A program made the position numbers and the translations under genes. 34,626 bases of DNA from a virus. Shown piece after piece: positions 31,237-34,626 of this stretch. Location: the IMG/VR virus record IMGVR_UViG_3300016665_000058, positions 1 to 34,626 of that record; one strand, written 5' to 3'. The first letter of the stretch is position 1. Every line of letters begins with the position of its first letter. The notes under the pieces were generated by a model. The model did not search any database, was not told where the DNA came from, and worked only from the letters and a program-made list of their open reading frames with translations.

Positions 31237-32832
31237 TCAGTTGTTCAGCAAATACACAATTGAATCCAACGTCGCTGCGTATGCGTCTGTAATGTCTGTG
31301 TTGCATGTGATGACTCCTGCACTACTAATTTGCAGCCAAATAGAAAGGCCGTTGCTTGTTACAGCCGGGAGAATGACTGTTCTGTTTGGACGGTATTCAG
31401 CAGAAAGCGTGGCAAGCGTTGCACCGATACCAATGGTGTTTCCAGTTGTCGCCGTGATTTGACCAGCCAAGCGTACCGTTTTGTCTGACATGAGATACGC
31501 TTTCGGTGCTTGCGGCGCCGAAAGACCGACCGCATTTGCTCCAAATGACGTAATCGCACCAGATTTTCTGTAATCAATATAACCATTATTTTGAACAGAA
31601 AATATTTCAGAAGAATTTGGGTCTTCAACGATGATGGCTTTGTTGGTAGCAACAGATTGCGGTCCCGGTTTGATGTACAAAGCCGTTGATGGGGTTTGAA
31701 CTTGCGTCTGGTCAATATAGACGCCAACTTCGCAGTTATAAAGTTGGATGCCGAATTGCCACGGAGGAATCCAGTTCCCACCAGCACCAGTAGGTGACTG
31801 ATTTAAGTATGGATACCGCAATACCTTGTATCCAACTTCAGGCTTATATGTCCCTTGCCCTGTGAGAACGACTCCAAGACCTTTTCCATCTGCGGCACTG
31901 TTTTCCAAATCCAGTTCCATACAATTCGCATTGCCAAGGAAACCAGAGCGCATTGCACTAACAATGTTGATGCCGCCGAGTGCAAAATCTGCACCATTGA
32001 CACCGACAATTTCAAAAAAACCAGCGTTTGCGTTGCCTCTGAAAGAAGTGCCTGGAATGGAGTCAACCGACAATGTTGCAGAACCAAATGGATATTGGCC
32101 AATCGCTCCTGGGTCTTCAACTGCTTGATTTGGAGCAGAAAACAGATAGGTGTAGTTGTTTAAGTTGTAGCCATTGACAACAGACGCGCCAAAAGATGGT
32201 GTTGAATAGTACTGACCAGGAACAAACGTGCCAACATAAGTAACGTCGGAGCCTGCCCAAATGTTAATGGGGGTGTTTGAATTTACTTGGCTAGCAAACG
32301 CAGATGAATCAAGAATTTTGTATGTTCCATTGGGTACATACACCCCAACACCAGAAGAAAGAGCCGCCGAATAAGCATTAACAAATGCAGAAGTCGAATC
32401 GTTTACGCCTGATGGATCAGCGCCATAATCAGTGACGCTAATGAATTCTCTTAGTTTATTTTGAACATTTGTTTGAATTGCGCCAGCACCGGAAGCTGTA
32501 TATGAGACATCAACAGCACTGATAATATTGCCATATCGCTCAGTGGCAGTCGGTGCGCTGTAGACAACGCTGCCGTTCTTGTTCATCACTCTGATGCTGT
32601 AGTCGCTGTTGACGTACAGGCGCGCAGGCGTTCCGCTGTTGGACGGATAACCAGCCAGCGTGCGAATAGGCTGGGCAGCAGGCAACGTCAGCGCAGCGTC
32701 CCAATAGACGTTGATCGGGTTGGTCTGCGGGTCAAGATTGACCGTGCCGATCCAGACGTAGCCGTCCTCAAGAGGCTGGCCATCAATGTCCGTGAAGATC
32801 GGATAGGTGGGTTGAATGCTGAGTGCAGACAT
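31237..32832 (-). CDS. Tailspike / receptor-binding protein with pectate-lyase-like beta-helix, 531 aa
   Basis: AAGGAG precedes the ATG at 32832. The N-terminal YPIFTDIDGQPLEDGYVWIG...NVYWDAALTLPAAQPIRT is a conserved adaptor-type module. It is followed by VTDYGADPSGVNDSTSAFVNAY...VYVPNGTYKI. GC content drops sharply after about codon 100. Confidence 0.8.
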   Translation of the reverse strand: MSALSIQPTYPIFTDIDGQPLEDGYVWIGTVNLDPQTNPINVYWDAALTLPAAQPIRTLAGYPSNSGTPARLYVNSDYSIRVMNKNGSVVYSAPTATERYGNIISAVDVSYTASGAGAIQTNVQNKLREFISVTDYGADPSGVNDSTSAFVNAYSAALSSGVGVYVPNGTYKILDSSAFASQVNSNTPINIWAGSDVTYVGTFVPGQYYSTPSFGASVVNGYNLNNYTYLFSAPNQAVEDPGAIGQYPFGSATLSVDSIPGTSFRGNANAGFFEIVGVNGADFALGGINIVSAMRSGFLGNANCMELDLENSAADGKGLGVVLTGQGTYKPEVGYKVLRYPYLNQSPTGAGGNWIPPWQFGIQLYNCEVGVYIDQTQVQTPSTALYIKPGPQSVATNKAIIVEDPNSSEIFSVQNNGYIDYRKSGAITSFGANAVGLSAPQAPKAYLMSDKTVRLAGQITATTGNTIGIGATLATLSAEYRPNRTVILPAVTSNGLSIWLQISSAGVITCNTDITDAYAATLDSIVYLLNN

Positions 32833-32932
32833 TACTGGTTCTCCTTGGATTGGTTCAGGCTGAAAGAATGATCGAAGCCACGCAAGCAGCCATGCGATCC
32901 ATCTGCGAATTGTTGCAAGCATCGAGTCATCC

Positions 32933-34626
32933 TCACTGCTCCTGTTCAAATTGCTCCTGAGCCTGCAGCGATTGGACGATGAACTTTTCACGCGCACTCA
33001 TTTCGCGTGGCAGTTTCACCTCATCGGCAAACTTTCGGAAAGATTGTGACATCAAGACGGCTTTTACGGTAGCCTTCGACGGGTTGTTGCCCGTGGAAAC
33101 TGTCTCGACAGCAAGTCGCTGGAACTCCGGGGAGGAGATCAGCTCGTCGGCTGCTTTCAGCGCGTTTGGCTTGCCCTTTGTGAGGGCAGCCGTCAGGCCG
33201 GACGCAATACCAGCACCAGGCAGACCGACGCTGCTTGTTGCGGCCTCGATTGGAAGGCCAACAGCTGCACGCTTTGCCACGCCGTAGATGTTCGACAGCA
33301 GGTTGTCTGCGCCTTGCAGCTCTTGCTGGACAGCCTGGATGCGGCCTGTGGTGATGCGCTCTCTGGTGGCCTTGCTGACGTTGCTTGCCACGCGGTACAG
33401 GTCGGACAGCTGCTTGCGTGCAGGCTGTGGCAAGTTGGCCATCAGCGCCGCATAGGCTTGCTTGTTGGCCAGCAGGCCTTCGTACCACTTGGCGTAGGTG
33501 TTGAAGTTCAACGCGCCATTCTGGGTTGCCTTGCCGAATGCGGTGTTCAACGCAGAGGCCGTGACTGTCTGGCGCATTTCCTTCGGGATGGCGGTCAGAA
33601 TCTTGGCCAGTTTGTCAGCGTCGCCTTTGGACAGAGACATGGTGGCCGATTCCAGCTTGCCGACCAGGCTCTGGTCGAGCTGGCGGCCAAACAGAGAAAC
33701 CATGTCGTCCTCAAATCCCTTGCGCATCTGCACCAGGCTCTTGGCCAAGCGGTAGCTTTCGCCTTGTCCAGCACCCTGGGCCAACGCGAACTGGTCGTCG
33801 TCGATCAGTCGGTAGAGCTGCTTTGCAAGGCCGGTGTCAGCATCAGCGAACGGGCCAGCCTGGCGTGCAGCAGCGCCAACATCGCGACGAACGTCGTCGA
33901 TCAGGGCGTAGGTCGGTGGACGCATGCCGATCACGTTGCCAGCCTCGTCCTTGATAGGCTTAGGAGTGAGCTTGCTGCGCACCATCTTTTCGAGTGCGGA
34001 CAGGTTCTCTGCGCCATCGAGGTCGGCTGCACGCCTTTCCACGAAGTTCAGCACGTTGGTGGCTTCGCCTCGGGTCTGCGATGGAATCTGCGTGCGCAGT
34101 GCCTTGTATGCGTCATCGGCCTGTTTTGACAGGGTTGTGACGGTCGAATCGAGCTGGCCACGCACGGCCTGGTTGAGCTTGCTCAGATCGGTGGTGCCGC
34201 CGATCTCAGTGATCAGACGGTCAGCACGCTGGCCAACCTGGTTCAAACCCTGAATTTCGGCTGCGCGGGTCTGGCTGCCAGGGATGGACTTCACAGCCTG
34301 CGCAAGCTCCCTGTAAGCCTGGTTGGCCGTCAGGTGGTCGGGTTGCAGGTACTCATCGATGCCAAGGCGACGGGCCGCTTCCAGCACCTTCGGGTCTGGT
34401 GCAGCTTGGCCAGCCAATACGGATGTGGCGCGGGTTGCGCCAAGGCCACCTTCTGCTGCGGTGCGTGCGGTCGTGGCCAGCTCTTGCGGTGTCATGGCCG
34501 CAGCGGGTGCAGCTGGTGCAGTCGGAGGTGTGACTGGCATGGCCGCAGGCTGGACTTCTGGAGCAGCTGCAGCGGCACGAACAGGCGCAGCGGGAGCCAT
34601 TGCCGGCGCAGCAGGGCCAGCAGCAG
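32933..34626 (-). CDS. C-terminal 557 codons of the SLT-domain ejection protein (same gene as 1..1399 across the circular junction)
   Basis: The frame is open to the right window edge (..AAGPAAPAMAPAAP..) and no Shine-Dalgarno sequence precedes the track's ATG at 34600. Joining at the 21-nt terminal repeat keeps the frame and gives 1023 aa in total. Confidence 0.75.
   Translation of the reverse strand, partial: AAGPAAPAMAPAAPVRAAAAAPEVQPAAMPVTPPTAPAAPAAAMTPQELATTARTAAEGGLGATRATSVLAGQAAPDPKVLEAARRLGIDEYLQPDHLTANQAYRELAQAVKSIPGSQTRAAEIQGLNQVGQRADRLITEIGGTTDLSKLNQAVRGQLDSTVTTLSKQADDAYKALRTQIPSQTRGEATNVLNFVERRAADLDGAENLSALEKMVRSKLTPKPIKDEAGNVIGMRPPTYALIDDVRRDVGAAARQAGPFADADTGLAKQLYRLIDDDQFALAQGAGQGESYRLAKSLVQMRKGFEDDMVSLFGRQLDQSLVGKLESATMSLSKGDADKLAKILTAIPKEMRQTVTASALNTAFGKATQNGALNFNTYAKWYEGLLANKQAYAALMANLPQPARKQLSDLYRVASNVSKATRERITTGRIQAVQQELQGADNLLSNIYGVAKRAAVGLPIEAATSSVGLPGAGIASGLTAALTKGKPNALKAADELISSPEFQRLAVETVSTGNNPSKATVKAVLMSQSFRKFADEVKLPREMSAREKFIVQSLQAQEQFEQEQ
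34606..34626. repeat. 21-nt terminal duplication (identical to 1..21) marking circular closure of the contig
   Basis: GCGCAGCAGGGCCAGCAGCAG is present at both window ends. Confidence 0.85.

Noticed and set aside
32833-32997. In-frame upstream extension of the tailspike, including an alternative ATG at 32922 (MLATIRRWIAWLLAWLRSFFQPEPIQGEPV)
   Set aside because: The ATG at 32832 has a perfect AAGGAG at the right spacing, and the conserved tailspike N-terminal module starts right there. The part beyond 32932 overlaps the upstream gene. The 30-aa hydrophobic extension from 32922 also has GAGGA upstream, so I cannot fully exclude it.
1-34626. Search for integrase, CI repressor, reverse transcriptase/DGR, toxin-antitoxin pairs, tRNA genes, CRISPR repeats and long inverted or direct repeats
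   Set aside because: Reading all ORFs of 60 aa or more and the intergenic regions, I recognised no tyrosine/serine recombinase motifs, no YxDD reverse-transcriptase motif, no cloverleaf-like sequence and no spaced repeat array. Only the 21-nt terminal duplicate and short operator-like repeats were seen. A proper HMM and tRNA scan is still needed.

Overview
The window appears to be one complete, circularly closed dsDNA phage genome of about 34.6 kb. The first and last 21 nt are identical and join a split ORF in frame. It is GC-rich by eye, with clearly AT-richer islands. The layout is lambdoid/P22-like, with a 122-bp AT-rich divergent control region at 21158-21279. (1) The leftward unit runs on the minus strand from 21157 down to 1 and wraps to 34605-28707. 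In order it holds a Cro-like HTH, a DUF1376-type replication initiator, a lambda-P-like loader, nin-type genes (NinB, Ref-like nuclease, RusA), a free-standing HNH endonuclease, a C5-cytosine methyltransferase broken at a G9 run, and TerS and TerL. The structural genes follow: P22-like portal, scaffold, coat, gp4-like and gp10-like tail factors, a needle/fibre-like protein, two tandem 111-aa paralogues and the ejection proteins. One of these is a 1023-aa lytic-transglycosylase protein that spans the window junction. The unit ends with an AT-rich receptor-binding cassette (tailspike plus a fibre with an S74 chaperone domain), a lysis cassette, an intrinsic terminator and a TraR-like gene. (2) The rightward early unit runs on the plus strand from 21280 to 28710. 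It holds Erf, a YqaJ exonuclease, SSB, a DUF2829 (Tad2-like) fusion, an Arc-like RHH, a MazG-like NTP pyrophosphohydrolase, an HNH-AP2 endonuclease and many tiny ORFs joined by ATGA/TGATG overlaps. I saw no integrase, CI-type repressor, tRNA, CRISPR array or reverse transcriptase. Family assignments rest on motifs I recognise from memory and on synteny, because no database search was possible. Most long ORFs antisense to these genes in the track are GC-driven artefacts.
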